64,000 nt of DNA from a bacterium (GCA_041690355.1 JAWLHK010000011.1:62001-126000), one strand, 5' to 3'; positions 1-9,912 are shown, counted from the first letter of the stretch. The notes: generated by a model not told the origin, from the letters alone. Translations and numbers: made by a program.

Positions 1-587
1 TTGCCGCGGGCGGCGTTCAGCCGCAGCCCCTGCAGAACAGCCGGGCCCGCCTGATCGGCCAGAGCCAGCAGGTCCTGCGCCCCTTCGGGAAGCGCCCGAT
101 CGGGCTGCTCGCTGCGCTCGACCACCAGCTTTTCGCGCGGCAGGCTGAGCTCCGCCGCGATTTCGAGCACCGGATCGAGGCACTCGGCGCCGACGAACAG
201 CGCCTTCATCCCCGAGGCTTCGAGCACGTGGCGCAGCGGCACCCCGGCGAGGTTCGTGTTGATGAGCGCCGCCGTGACCCCGAGCCGGTTGAGACCGTAT
301 ACCATGAAAAGAAATTCAGGCCGGTTCTCCATGACGACCGCCGCGACGTCCCCCTTGCGCAGCCCGAGCGCCGCCGCCGCCTGCGCGTAGCGCGTCAGCT
401 GGCGATCGAGTTCCGCATAGGTATACTGGCGGTCCTCGAAGCGCAGACAGACCTTCTGTCCCCGGGCGCGCGCGTGCTCGGCGATGACCTTCGCCGGCGA
501 CATCTCGTCGTCGCCTTTGAGCGACAGCGTCTTGACCGCATTTCGCGCCCGGCGGGCGTTCAGCTTCGCAACGGTGAGGAGCGACAT
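1..587 (-). CDS. Long-chain acyl-CoA synthetase (FATP-like), N-terminal part; runs off window start
   Basis: Manual reverse-strand translation from ATG at 587: MSLLTVAKLN...LRFEDRQYTYAELDR...GLRKGDVAAVVMENRPEFL...GLNRLGVTAALINTNL, a typical AMP-binding N-terminus; absent from the ORF track because truncated. Confidence 0.85.
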   Translation of the reverse strand, partial: MSLLTVAKLNARRARNAVKTLSLKGDDEMSPAKVIAEHARARGQKVCLRFEDRQYTYAELDRQLTRYAQAAAALGLRKGDVAAVVMENRPEFLFMVYGLNRLGVTAALINTNLAGVPLRHVLEASGMKALFVGAECLDPVLEIAAELSLPREKLVVERSEQPDRALPEGAQDLLALADQAGPAVLQGLRLNAARG

Positions 588-742
588 GGATATACCTGTG
601 AGAATCGGGGGTTCGCAGTGCGCCGAAGCGGGCCAGCCGCCCGGCGGGAGGTGAGACAGTATAACATGTCTACCCCGCGGTCGACGAAGCCTTGAGGCGC
701 GCCGCAGTTTGCGCTTTACTATACCCTCCGCTCGAGTATCCG

Positions 743-1654
743 ATGCCTCCACGCAACCACCGCACGCTGACCGAACGCCCCGATCTGGTCTTCGACATCG
801 AGACCATCCCCGATGCCGGGCTCTGCCGGGCCGTCTATGGGGAACCGGGCATGTCGGATGCCGAGGCCATCGAGGCGGCCCTGACCGCCCTCAACCGGCT
901 CGAATCCGGCATCCTGCCCGAGGCGTTTCAGCGCCCCATCGTCATCGCCGGATGTCTTCTCGATTACCGTGCCCGGACGGTGCGTCCGTACCTGTTCATC
1001 GAGGGGCGCCCGCGTTCGCCCGACGAGCAGTCGATTCTCGCGAACTTCTGGCGCCTGCTCGAGCCCGACGACCACGAATCGCTCCCCCGGCGTCTCGTCA
1101 GCTTCAACGGCAAGGCCTTCGACATGCGTGTCATGGAGATCCGGTCGCTCCAGTACGAAAACTTGGGGAGCGCCGCCTATTTCAAGCCCTCGGAGAAGTA
1201 CGATACGTACCGGCACAAGTACAACGACGACGAACACCTCGATCTCTGCGACTACCTGCCGAACTACGGCAGCAAGGCCGGCTACAGCCTGCGCACAGTC
1301 GCCTCGCTGCTCGGCCTTCCCGGCAAGGACCAGATGGACGGGTCGCAGGTCTATCCGGTCTACCAGCAGGGAGGCATCATGCAGATTGCCGCCTACTGCT
1401 TCGAAGATGTCATCCAGACGGCGCTGATCAAGATGCGCCTCGATCGCCTGCGCGGAATTGTGCCGGTCGACGAGCTGCGCGACAGGGTCGCCTGGTTTCT
1501 CGACGCGGTCGAGCGTTTCCTGGTCGACCAGGCGGTGCCGATGGAGAGCGCCTTCGCCCATACGCTGGAGGAAGTGCGGCGCCGCTACCGCCCCGCCCTG
1601 CTCCCACCCGTCCTGCTTTCCGACACCCCGTCGCCCCCGGCCGGCGGCGAGTGA
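743..1654 (+). CDS. Stand-alone 3'-5' exonuclease, PolB-exonuclease-like (DEDDy)
   Basis: ExoI FDIET, ExoII SFNGKAFD, HLDLCD and ExoIII YCFED; no polymerase domain; start placed at ATG 743. Confidence 0.85.
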   Translation: MPPRNHRTLTERPDLVFDIETIPDAGLCRAVYGEPGMSDAEAIEAALTALNRLESGILPEAFQRPIVIAGCLLDYRARTVRPYLFIEGRPRSPDEQSILANFWRLLEPDDHESLPRRLVSFNGKAFDMRVMEIRSLQYENLGSAAYFKPSEKYDTYRHKYNDDEHLDLCDYLPNYGSKAGYSLRTVASLLGLPGKDQMDGSQVYPVYQQGGIMQIAAYCFEDVIQTALIKMRLDRLRGIVPVDELRDRVAWFLDAVERFLVDQAVPMESAFAHTLEEVRRRYRPALLPPVLLSDTPSPPAGGE

Positions 1655-1669
1655 GTCCCCCGAGAGCCC

Positions 1670-2209
1670 TCAGCTCGACTTGCCCGTGCCCATGGAGCCG
1701 TCCTTCCACTTCAGACGGCTCGAGCGGCGGTGGTCTTCCGGCGCAACCGGGGCGCCCGGACCGCCCATGCGCCGGTAGGGCTTGAACCGCGGTTCCCGGT
1801 TGTACAGGCTCGGCGTCTGCGCTTCGACATGGAGATTTTCGCGCGCGAATTCCTCAAAACGCGTTTCGTCGAGCCATGCGCTCGGGTGCACGCGAATCGG
1901 GACTCCGCGGAAGCGGGGGTTGTCGCGCAGCCGGTGGGCCAGCTGGTCGCGGGCGACCCCCGGGCCGAAGATGACGATCTCGCTCGCACCCGTCAGAAAC
2001 TCCTCAACGCGCCGGTACAGGTCGCCGATGTGTTTCTCGCGGTCTGACTTCACCCTGCGGGTCATGTAGTCTTCGATGACCCGCCGGATCTTGCGCGGCA
2101 CGTTGCCCAGGATGAAAGCAACGGTGGGCTCGCGGCCCGGGCGGTGGCTGTACAGCCAGGCGCGCCGCTGATCGATCAGCACGCCGATTCGCAGTTCCGG
2201 ATTTGGCAT
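1670..2209 (-). CDS. eRF1/aRF1 middle-domain-like protein (baeRF-related)
   Basis: GVLIDQRRAW...LYRRVEEFLTGASEIVIFGPGVARDQL pattern; GAGGGAG RBS upstream. Confidence 0.6.
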   Translation of the reverse strand: MPNPELRIGVLIDQRRAWLYSHRPGREPTVAFILGNVPRKIRRVIEDYMTRRVKSDREKHIGDLYRRVEEFLTGASEIVIFGPGVARDQLAHRLRDNPRFRGVPIRVHPSAWLDETRFEEFARENLHVEAQTPSLYNREPRFKPYRRMGGPGAPVAPEDHRRSSRLKWKDGSMGTGKSS

Positions 2210-2300
2210 GGCTCCCTCGTTTTGCCTTCACGATAGGCGAGAGGGTCGCCTGGGGCGACGGATGTCGGCGGCGTCTCCGGCGCTGTGCGCGACAGCGGGC

Positions 2301-3479
2301 TCAGCCGTCGAGCGCCAGCGAGTCGGTCGCCTCGCCGTTCAGGCGCAGCACCTCGTAGACGATGTTCGCGCACTTCTCGAACTCGTCCAGATCGATCCAC
2401 TCGTGAACGGTGTGGATCTCGCGCATGCCCGTCCCCAGGTTGGCGACGGTGAGCCCTTTGCCGTTGAAGATATTGGCGTCGCATCCGCCGCGAAAAGATT
2501 GCGTGCGCACCTGCTGCCCGAGGCGCCGGGCGGCGGCATAGACGAGCTGCACAATGGTAGCGGCTTCGGGCACGTCCATGCTTTCGTAATCCCGCTCGAT
2601 GTCCGACTCGACCCGCGCCGTCACGCGCCGCCCGTCAGGCAGGGTGACCGCGTGGCGGGCCGCGGCGTCTTCGAGGCACGCCTTCATGTGGGCCGTCTGG
2701 GCGGCCAGCTTGTCACGATTGAGGCTGCGCGCCTCGCCGTCGAGCACGACCAGGTTGGGGATGATGTTGACCGCCTCGCCGCCGTGCACGACCCCGATGT
2801 TGGCCGTCGTTTCGTCGTCGATGCGCCCCAGACGCATGGCCGCGATCGCCTCGCTCGCCACGCGGATGGCGTTGATCCCCCGCTCGGGCGCCATGCCCGC
2901 ATGCGACTCCTGGCCGTGAACCCTGAAGCGCATGCGGTCGGCCGACGGCGCGCGCGTGAAGAGAAAGCCGACGTCGTCGGAGTCGAGCACGAGGCCGTAC
3001 CGCGCCGTCAGCTTGCCGACGTCGAACTGCTTGGCGCCGACCAGGCCGAGCTCTTCACAGATCGTGAAGACGATCTCGATGTCGCCGTGCGGCGCGCCGC
3101 TTTCGCGCAGCGTCTCGACGGCCTCGAGAATGGCCGCAATGCCGCTCTTGTCATCGCCGCCGAGCACCGTCGTGCCGTCGGTCATGATCCGGTTGCCCTC
3201 GCGGCGCGGGCGTACCCCTTTACCCGGCACGACGGTGTCCATGTGCGCCGAGAGAAAAATCGGCGGCGCCTTCGCGTTACCCTTCCAGCGCACGAGCAGA
3301 TTGCCCGCATTGCCGCTGACCTTGCGTCCGGCATCGTCTTCGATGACTTCGGCGCCGCGGGCGCGGCACCACTGCGTGAGAAAATCGGCGACCTCGCGCT
3401 CTTCCCTCGAGTGGCTGTCGATGACCACCAGGTCGAGCAGCAGCCGGATCATCCGTTCGCGTTGAATGGCGCCCATCAT
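2301..3479 (-). CDS. M20 family metallopeptidase, peptidase T-like
   Basis: SAHMDTV, LGGDDKSG, CEELGL, SHAG, GGCDAN and IHTVHE metal-binding motifs. Confidence 0.92.
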   Translation of the reverse strand: MMGAIQRERMIRLLLDLVVIDSHSREEREVADFLTQWCRARGAEVIEDDAGRKVSGNAGNLLVRWKGNAKAPPIFLSAHMDTVVPGKGVRPRREGNRIMTDGTTVLGGDDKSGIAAILEAVETLRESGAPHGDIEIVFTICEELGLVGAKQFDVGKLTARYGLVLDSDDVGFLFTRAPSADRMRFRVHGQESHAGMAPERGINAIRVASEAIAAMRLGRIDDETTANIGVVHGGEAVNIIPNLVVLDGEARSLNRDKLAAQTAHMKACLEDAAARHAVTLPDGRRVTARVESDIERDYESMDVPEAATIVQLVYAAARRLGQQVRTQSFRGGCDANIFNGKGLTVANLGTGMREIHTVHEWIDLDEFEKCANIVYEVLRLNGEATDSLALDG

Positions 3480-3536
3480 AGTAGCCTTGGTACCCGAATC
3501 GGTTCTCCCGGGACTCGTCGCAGAAGCGTGCGGCCG

Positions 3537-4175
3537 CTAGACCGGCGTTTCGATGAAGCCGCTGCGGGCGCCCAGGTAAAGGTGGTAGCCCCGCAGCATG
3601 TCGACGCTCGGGATGTGGATGCGCCCCTCGATGACCTTGACAAGATTCAGCCGCTTGAGCTCCGTGAGAATCCGCTTGACCTCTTCGCGGGCAAGGGTCG
3701 TGCGCGTCACGAGCTGATCGACGTCCCAGTGCACGTCGGCCGTGACCAGCGAGCCCCCCTGCTCTTCGACGGCCTGCAGCAGCGCATTCGTCACCCGGCT
3801 TTCGGCGTCTTCGAGGCGCAGGTTCTCGAGCAGGTCGTCGGTCTCGCGCAGACGCCCCGCCAGGGCGTGCACCATTTTGCGGGCGACCTCGGGACTGTCT
3901 TCGAGCACCAGGTCGAGCTGCTCGGCGTCGACCTCGATGAGTTCGGCGTCTTCGAGGATGGCGGCGGTAGCGCTCCGGCGGCGGCGCGTGAACAGGGCAA
4001 GCTCGCCGAAGAAACTCCCCTTGCCAAGGGTGGCGAGGGTTTTTTCGCGACCGCGCACGCTCTGAAATATGCGGACCTTACCGCTCGCGATGAAGTACAT
4101 GACGTGACCGGCCTCGCCCTGGCGAAAGACGATCTCTCCGCGGATGAAACCGCGCTTGATTCCTTTACCTGCCAT
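3537..4175 (-). CDS. Crp/Fnr family transcriptional regulator
   Basis: cNMP-binding domain (FRQGE, FFGELAL...RSATA) plus C-terminal HTH-like region. Confidence 0.88.
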   Translation of the reverse strand: MAGKGIKRGFIRGEIVFRQGEAGHVMYFIASGKVRIFQSVRGREKTLATLGKGSFFGELALFTRRRRSATAAILEDAELIEVDAEQLDLVLEDSPEVARKMVHALAGRLRETDDLLENLRLEDAESRVTNALLQAVEEQGGSLVTADVHWDVDQLVTRTTLAREEVKRILTELKRLNLVKVIEGRIHIPSVDMLRGYHLYLGARSGFIETPV

Positions 4176-4321
4176 CGTTCTTGCTCCTCCCTAAGCGTAC
4201 CAGCCGGCCCGCCGTTTGTCTGCTCTCCCGCAGCCGACCCGTGACAGGCGTGTCAGGGTCGCTGCGGTGAAAAGGCAGCCGGCCGGCCGGGCCCGGCCGG
4301 TTTTTCTCGCACTCCCGGCGC

Positions 4322-4337
4322 TGGCACGAAACGTGCT
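4322..4337 (+). promoter_or_regulatory. Putative sigma-54 (-24/-12) promoter
   Basis: TGGCACGAAACGTGCT: GG-N10-GC spacing, one mismatch to TGGCACG-N4-TTGCW, about 60 bp before ATG 4396. Confidence 0.65.
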
Positions 4338-4395
4338 CTGGAGAACGAGCGTCCGCAACGAGCATCTTCAACCCCAACCCCTCAAGAGTTACGCC

Positions 4396-5262
4396 ATGCA
4401 CCTTTCTTCGCTTCTCCTGCTCGCACTGACCAGCCTTCAGGAACCGGCGGCCGAACCGGGAATGCCGACCGCGGCGACCGCGCAGACCGGTCCGATGCGC
4501 GCAGGCAACGAAGACGCCGCGCCCGCCGATGCGCAGGAGTCAGAAGAGGAATCGGCGGGGCAACCGCGCAAGAAACCGCAGAAAAAGAGCACCCGCGCCC
4601 GGAAACCGGCTCCCGAAGCCCCGGTCGAGGAAGGGATCACGCGCATGGCCGGCGACAACAACATCGTGCTCACCCCGTCGGGCCGCACGATCGGCGAGGG
4701 AAACAACTATCTGTCGGTAGACGAGATGCTGCTCTGGCGCTTCGGCTGGGGGGTCTCCGACAGCTTCGACGTCGAGATCCACACCGCGTGGCTGACCTCG
4801 CTGGGTTTCAGCATCAAATGGGCCATGCTCAATACCGAACAGCATGACGTAGCCCTGCAGCTCGGCACCGACGCCATGGTCTATCCGAAGCGCAACAATG
4901 CGCAATACGCCTCACTGGTCTACACCCAGAGCCACAAACGGGGCGCCTGGCATCTCGGGGCCCACGCCGTGCGGGTGCAGCGGGCCCGCGGCAAGAGCTC
5001 TGAAACCTACGTCGTGCCCGAAGGGACGCTGGGGGCCGAAGTGCGCATGGCGAAGTATCTGACCGGGCTCATCGAAGCCGGCTACGGTCAAAACGTTCTT
5101 GAAAACGATCCGAACGAGAATACGGGGTTCGTCAACGCCGGCCTGCGCATCGGCGGCGACGACATCTTCTTCGACCTCGCGCTGGTCGTGCCGACGAGCG
5201 AGAGCTTTCTCGAAAGCGACTTTCTCGGTATTCCCTTCGTGCGCCTGGGCGGGGTCTGGTAA
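4396..5262 (+). CDS. Exported protein, probable outer-membrane beta-barrel
   Basis: Hydrophobic N-terminal signal, low-complexity linker, alternating amphipathic strands, terminal Trp (VRLGGVW). Confidence 0.6.
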   Translation: MHLSSLLLLALTSLQEPAAEPGMPTAATAQTGPMRAGNEDAAPADAQESEEESAGQPRKKPQKKSTRARKPAPEAPVEEGITRMAGDNNIVLTPSGRTIGEGNNYLSVDEMLLWRFGWGVSDSFDVEIHTAWLTSLGFSIKWAMLNTEQHDVALQLGTDAMVYPKRNNAQYASLVYTQSHKRGAWHLGAHAVRVQRARGKSSETYVVPEGTLGAEVRMAKYLTGLIEAGYGQNVLENDPNENTGFVNAGLRIGGDDIFFDLALVVPTSESFLESDFLGIPFVRLGGVW

Positions 5263-5284
5263 ACGCCCGCCCCGGCGCGCGCGT

Positions 5285-6310
5285 TCAGGCCGGAACGCTG
5301 CCGCGGATGTAGTCTTCGACCTCAGAGACGTCGTCGGCGGAACCGATGATGAGCGACGTGCGCATGTGCAGGTCGTCGGGCACGATGTCGAGGATGCGCG
5401 TGTCGCCGGTCGTCGCCTTGCCCCCCGCCTGCTCGGCGAGAAAAGCCAGCGGCGCGGCTTCGTACAGCAGACGGAGCTTGTTCTTGGGCTTGGCGGGATC
5501 CTTCACGTCGCTGGGATAGAGAAAAATGCCGCCGTACATGAGCGTGCGGTGGAAATCGGCCACCAGGCTGCCGATGTAGCGCGCGCTGTAGGGTTTGCCG
5601 TTCTTGTTCTGATCGGTCTTCAAGTAATTCACGTAACGGCGTACGGGCTCGGCCCAGCTCAGGCTGTTGCCCTCATTGGCGCTGTAGTACTTGCCGCGGC
5701 GGGGGATCTGAATGTCGGGGTGGCTCAGCAGAAACTCGCCGATGCTGGGGTCGAGCGTGAAGCCGTGCACGCCATTGCCCGTGGAGTAGACCATCATGGT
5801 CGACGGGCCGTAGAGGATGTAGCCGGCCGCCACCTGCCGGTTGCCGGGCTGCATGACGTCGCGCTCGTCGCCGCGGTCGCCCGGGCTGATCTTGCGGTGC
5901 ACCGAGAAGATCGTGCCGATGTTCACGTTGGCGTCGATGTTCGACGAGCCGTCGAGCGGGTCGAAGGCAATGGCGTACTTGCCGCAGACGAAATCCTTGG
6001 GAATCAGGATGGCGTCGTCGTTCTCTTCGCTGGCCATCACGCAGAGGGCGCCGCAGTGATCGAGCGCCTTGATCAGGATTGTGTTCGCGTACTCGTCGAG
6101 CTTGCGCACGATCTCGCCGTGCACGTTTTCGCGGTTCGTATGCCCGAGCAGATCGGCCAGCCCGGCCATGTTCACCTCGCGGGAGATGATTTTGCCGGCA
6201 AGCTGCAGTTGCTGGAGCACGACGGTGAGCTCACCGGTGGCATCAGGGTGCAGCTTCTGCTGGTCGGTAATGTGGCGCGAAAGGGGAATTCCGATCCTGG
6301 TACTCGGCAT
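5285..6310 (-). CDS. fbp: Fructose-1,6-bisphosphatase class I
   Basis: [32 protein letters not shown] and KLRLLYEA motifs. Confidence 0.97.
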   Translation of the reverse strand: MPSTRIGIPLSRHITDQQKLHPDATGELTVVLQQLQLAGKIISREVNMAGLADLLGHTNRENVHGEIVRKLDEYANTILIKALDHCGALCVMASEENDDAILIPKDFVCGKYAIAFDPLDGSSNIDANVNIGTIFSVHRKISPGDRGDERDVMQPGNRQVAAGYILYGPSTMMVYSTGNGVHGFTLDPSIGEFLLSHPDIQIPRRGKYYSANEGNSLSWAEPVRRYVNYLKTDQNKNGKPYSARYIGSLVADFHRTLMYGGIFLYPSDVKDPAKPKNKLRLLYEAAPLAFLAEQAGGKATTGDTRILDIVPDDLHMRTSLIIGSADDVSEVEDYIRGSVPA

Positions 6311-6495
6311 GGATTGACAACCTCGTCTGGCGGACGCTCCCACGCGGGAGCCGATCCGGCTTCATGAAAATATTCTGACCCCGGCGAGCTGCGGGGCGAC
6401 CGGGAGACCGCACCGCTTTCTCCATTGTAGAGCCGAGGGATGATTTCCTCAAACCTCCCACCCTCCTCCGACCCGCGATCCGGGCGCAGGCAGTC

Positions 6496-6523
6496 TTGAC
6501 ATCGGGCAAGGGCTGTTTATATT
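6496..6523 (+). promoter_or_regulatory. Sigma-70-type promoter for hsp20
   Basis: TTGACA-N16-TATATT in an AT-rich patch. Confidence 0.65.
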
Positions 6524-6653
6524 CCACTCGTAAGGGGTAAACGAATCGCGATTCCCTCCCCCTCCCGATGAAAAAACCCGGATCGCCCGATGGCCGGGAT
6601 GGGCGGGCCTCTGCGAAGAGGCCGGAGACACGACCCGGCAAGGAGAATAGCGA

Positions 6654-7088
6654 ATGGCTCTCATGCGTTATACCAGTCCGTTCCGCGAGCTGGCCCAGAT
6701 CCAGAACGATCTGAACCGGTTCTTCAGTCCCTCGCAGGAAGAACTCCTGTCGACGGCCTGGTCGCCCCAGGTCGATATCTACGAAGACGAAAACGGCATC
6801 TCGCTGCACGCCGACGCGCCGGGGGTCGACCAGAAGGACATCGACGTGCGGGTCGAAAACGGCATGCTCACCCTGAAGGGCGAGCGCAAGCTCGAGCGCG
6901 AAGACAAGAAGGAAAATTACCATCGCGTCGAGCGCGCCTATGGCAGTTTCACCCGCAGCTTCATGCTGCCGGATTATGCGGACACCGAGCGCATCGAAGC
7001 GACCTTCCGCAACGGCGTGCTTGATGTCTACATTCCGAAGAAGGCCGAGAAGAAGCCGAAGCAGATCAAGGTGGCGGTGAAGCAGTAA
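6654..7088 (+). CDS. Small heat-shock protein, Hsp20/alpha-crystallin family
   Basis: WSPQVDIYE, LTLKGERK, ERAYGSFTRSF, ATFRNGVLDV; AAGGAG RBS. Confidence 0.96.
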   Translation: MALMRYTSPFRELAQIQNDLNRFFSPSQEELLSTAWSPQVDIYEDENGISLHADAPGVDQKDIDVRVENGMLTLKGERKLEREDKKENYHRVERAYGSFTRSFMLPDYADTERIEATFRNGVLDVYIPKKAEKKPKQIKVAVKQ

Positions 7089-7112
7089 CGGCTTTCCCAG
7101 GTCCGTTGGCTG

Positions 7113-7152
7113 AAGGCGGAGTGCCGGGAACCCGGAACTCCGCTTTTTTCTT
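7113..7152 (+). terminator. Intrinsic terminator after hsp20
   Basis: Stem GCGGAGT.CCGG / CCGG.ACTCCGC followed by a T run. Confidence 0.8.
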
Positions 7153-8633
7153 TACGGGCGGCTGAACCGTTCGCGACGCGCTTCGGCCGCGTCCATTTCG
7201 TCGAGCTGCAGGCGCAGGAGCCGATCGGCGGCCTGGCGGGGGTCGGGCCGCGCATCGGGAGCCAGGTGGGCCTCCCACCAGACGCGCATCGCCGCCAGGG
7301 CATGGGTCAGCCCCGCCCGCTGCACGGCGACCATGGCGCGCACGTCTTCGGGCCGGGCCTCGGGGTTCAGCGCGTCGAGCACGGCGGCGTCGGACACCTG
7401 ATCGAACTCGATGCGCACCCCGGCCCGGCGCAGGTCGCCCCGGGTGATTCCGCGCGCGTGCCGGTAGATGGCCGGCCCCTCTTCGTTTCCCATGTCAATC
7501 AGGCGGCCGGCCAGCGCGCGCATCGGCATCTCGCCCCAGAGCACGGGCCGCCACGTCGCCAGCTCGGCTTCGTCGACGGACCAGGGAGAACCCGAATCGG
7601 CCAGCACGGGATGCACCGGCTGGCCCGCCTCGGCCCCCCGCAGCACGAGGCGGAAGTATTCTTCGGTCCACGTATGGTGGTTGGTCATGATATCGAGCCC
7701 GATGGCCTTGAAGGAGCGCACCTCGCAGCGCAGCCCGAAGACGCAGCGCAGGCTCTCCTTCACGTATTCGAGGACGGCGTCGAGAAAGAAGGCGGGGATG
7801 CCGACCTGAAAGGTGTGAATCTGGTTCCCCAGATCGCCCAGGTAGTGGAAGGCGTTGCCCGCGTACAGGGCGGCCAGGGCCGGCTCGCCGAGGTGGTTCG
7901 CCACGACGGCCAGATCGCCGTAGGCTTGCGCGCGCTCAGGGGCGAAGGTGAGCACCGGTCCGTCGAAGCCGACGGGGACGGCGAAATCGGCCGGGCGCGT
8001 GAGCAGCGTGAGCGGACTCGCGCTCTTGGGGTGGTCGTTGAGGCCGTAGTGCGCATGGGCCTGTCCCGAGAGCCCCTCGACCTCGCCCATGTTGAGGATG
8101 ACCGGATCCCAGGGGATGCGCACGCCGTCTTCGCGCACGGCCACCGCACCCGACTCCGTGTGCCACCAGCGATCTTGATTGCGGCGGTCGAGATCGGGGT
8201 AGACCGAGCCGACGCGCACCCAGTGAAGCAGCGGACGCGCCACATCCGGTTCAACGCGGGAGAGCGGCGAGCGGGCATCGACCTGCGCGGCGACGCGGCC
8301 GTAGGGGTCGAACCCGAGCGCGGCCTGGGTGACGGCCGTGCCGAAGAAGACCTTGAACGCGGTCGCGTCGAAGTGTTCCGGCGTCGGCCAGCGCGCGAGA
8401 AAGCGCCGCCGCAGTTCCGCATCGGTCGTCGCGGCGAGGTACGTATAGGCTTCTGTGCGGAAGCGCTCGAGCCTCGCGTCGTCGGGGAGCGGGGCCTCGG
8501 CAGAGATGCCGGGAACGTCGGCGAGCGCGTTCGGCATGGCCGCGTGGATGTCGACGGAATAGGCTTCACCCGCGTGGGGGAAGGCGGAGACGGAAAGCAG
8601 GACGGACAGCAGAACGGGAATGCGCATGCTCAT
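7152..8633 (-). CDS. Secreted protein, putative zinc-dependent phospholipase C / S1-P1 nuclease fold
   Basis: Signal peptide ending AGEA, mature start YSVDIH, then YPDLD, HAHY, HYLGDLGNQIH and HTWTE in the expected ligand order. Confidence 0.6.
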   Translation of the reverse strand: MSMRIPVLLSVLLSVSAFPHAGEAYSVDIHAAMPNALADVPGISAEAPLPDDARLERFRTEAYTYLAATTDAELRRRFLARWPTPEHFDATAFKVFFGTAVTQAALGFDPYGRVAAQVDARSPLSRVEPDVARPLLHWVRVGSVYPDLDRRNQDRWWHTESGAVAVREDGVRIPWDPVILNMGEVEGLSGQAHAHYGLNDHPKSASPLTLLTRPADFAVPVGFDGPVLTFAPERAQAYGDLAVVANHLGEPALAALYAGNAFHYLGDLGNQIHTFQVGIPAFFLDAVLEYVKESLRCVFGLRCEVRSFKAIGLDIMTNHHTWTEEYFRLVLRGAEAGQPVHPVLADSGSPWSVDEAELATWRPVLWGEMPMRALAGRLIDMGNEEGPAIYRHARGITRGDLRRAGVRIEFDQVSDAAVLDALNPEARPEDVRAMVAVQRAGLTHALAAMRVWWEAHLAPDARPDPRQAADRLLRLQLDEMDAAEARRERFSRP

Positions 8634-8717
8634 ATGGCATCATGCCTGCGCGCCGGACGCAAACGTGCCGGCCGTTTTTCGGGTGACTCTGCCGCCGCCG
8701 TGCTTCAATGTAGGTTC

Positions 8718-9899
8718 ATGGCGAAGCTCCCCCGCACCGTGGTCAGCCTCGGCGTCGTGAGCCTGCTCACCGACGCCTCGAGCGAGATGATTTATCCACT
8801 GCTCCCCCTGTTCGTGGTCGGGCTGGGAGGCGGGCCGCAGACCCTGGGGCTCATCGAGGGGATCGCGGAATCGACGTCGTCGCTGCTCAAGCTCGTCGCG
8901 GGAAAAGTGTCGGATCGCAGCGGGCGGCGCAAGCCGCTGGTTCTGCTGGGCTATGGCCTGAGTTCGGCGGCCCGCCCCCTCATGGGGCTCGCCGCCGTTC
9001 CCTTGCACGTGCTGGGCATCCGCTTCGCCGACCGGGTCGGCAAGGGGCTGCGCACGTCGCCGCGCGACGCCATCATCGGGCAGGTGGCCGACCCGGCGGC
9101 GCGGGGGCGCGCCTTCGGCTTTCACCGCGCCATGGACCACCTGGGGGCCGTCATCGGTCCGCTGCTGGCCGCCCTCGCCTTCTTCCTGCTCGGCGCCGAC
9201 GAGTCGGACACCGGGGCCATGCGCACCGTCTTTCTGCTGGCGGCCATTCCCGCCCTGGCGGCCGTGGTGACCCTGGCGATCGCCGTGCCGGACGTGCGCG
9301 TCCCCCCGACGGCGCGGTTGAAACCGGAACGCAGCCGGCTTTCACGCCGGCTGCGCCTTTACCTTGCGGCCGTGTTCGTGCTGAATCTGGCCCTGTCGAC
9401 CGACGCCTTTCTGCTGCTGCGCGCCACCGACCTCGGCGTCGCGGCGGCAGCGGTGCCCCTGCTCTGGTCGGCCCACCACGTCGTCAAGGTCCTGGCCGGA
9501 ACCCCGGGCGGCGCGCTGTCCGATCGCATCGGCCGCCTGCCCGCCATGAACCTCGGCTATGCGGTCTACGTCCTCGTGTACGCCGGTTTCGCCTTCGCCG
9601 GCGCCGCGTGGCACGCCTGGGGGCTCATGTTGCTTTACGGCGTCTATTTCGGGTTGACCGAGGGGACGGAAAAGGCGCTCGTGAACGATCTCGCTGCGGC
9701 CGGCGAGCTGGGGGGCGCGTTCGGGGCCTATCACCTCATGGCGGGCCTCGCGGCGCTTCCGGCCTCACTGATTTTCGGCGTTCTCTGGGACCGGGGCGGT
9801 CCGCAGCTCGCCTTTCTCACGGGCGCAGCGGTCGCCGCCGTCGGCGTCGTCCTGCTGAACCTCGTCCTGCGCAGGAGCAGACCGGCGACTGACGACTGA
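8718..9899 (+). CDS. MFS transporter
   Basis: About 12 hydrophobic segments; GKVSDRSGRRK and GALSDRIGR motif A; start at ATG 8718. Confidence 0.93.
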   Translation: MAKLPRTVVSLGVVSLLTDASSEMIYPLLPLFVVGLGGGPQTLGLIEGIAESTSSLLKLVAGKVSDRSGRRKPLVLLGYGLSSAARPLMGLAAVPLHVLGIRFADRVGKGLRTSPRDAIIGQVADPAARGRAFGFHRAMDHLGAVIGPLLAALAFFLLGADESDTGAMRTVFLLAAIPALAAVVTLAIAVPDVRVPPTARLKPERSRLSRRLRLYLAAVFVLNLALSTDAFLLLRATDLGVAAAAVPLLWSAHHVVKVLAGTPGGALSDRIGRLPAMNLGYAVYVLVYAGFAFAGAAWHAWGLMLLYGVYFGLTEGTEKALVNDLAAAGELGGAFGAYHLMAGLAALPASLIFGVLWDRGGPQLAFLTGAAVAAVGVVLLNLVLRRSRPATDD

Positions 9900-9912
9900 C
9901 GACTCTCGACTC
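9887..9912. repeat. Short heptamer tandem repeat (GACTGAC unit)
   Basis: GACTGAC GACTGAC GACTCTC GACTC at the junction of two convergent genes. Confidence 0.55.

Noticed and set aside
6520-6548. CIRCE upstream of hsp20
   Set aside because: Only a partial left arm (TTCCACTC); no matching right arm at N9
7266-8717. Apparent 877-aa MFS fusion
   Set aside because: The upstream part is antisense to the secreted hydrolase gene; MFS similarity starts at ATG 8718
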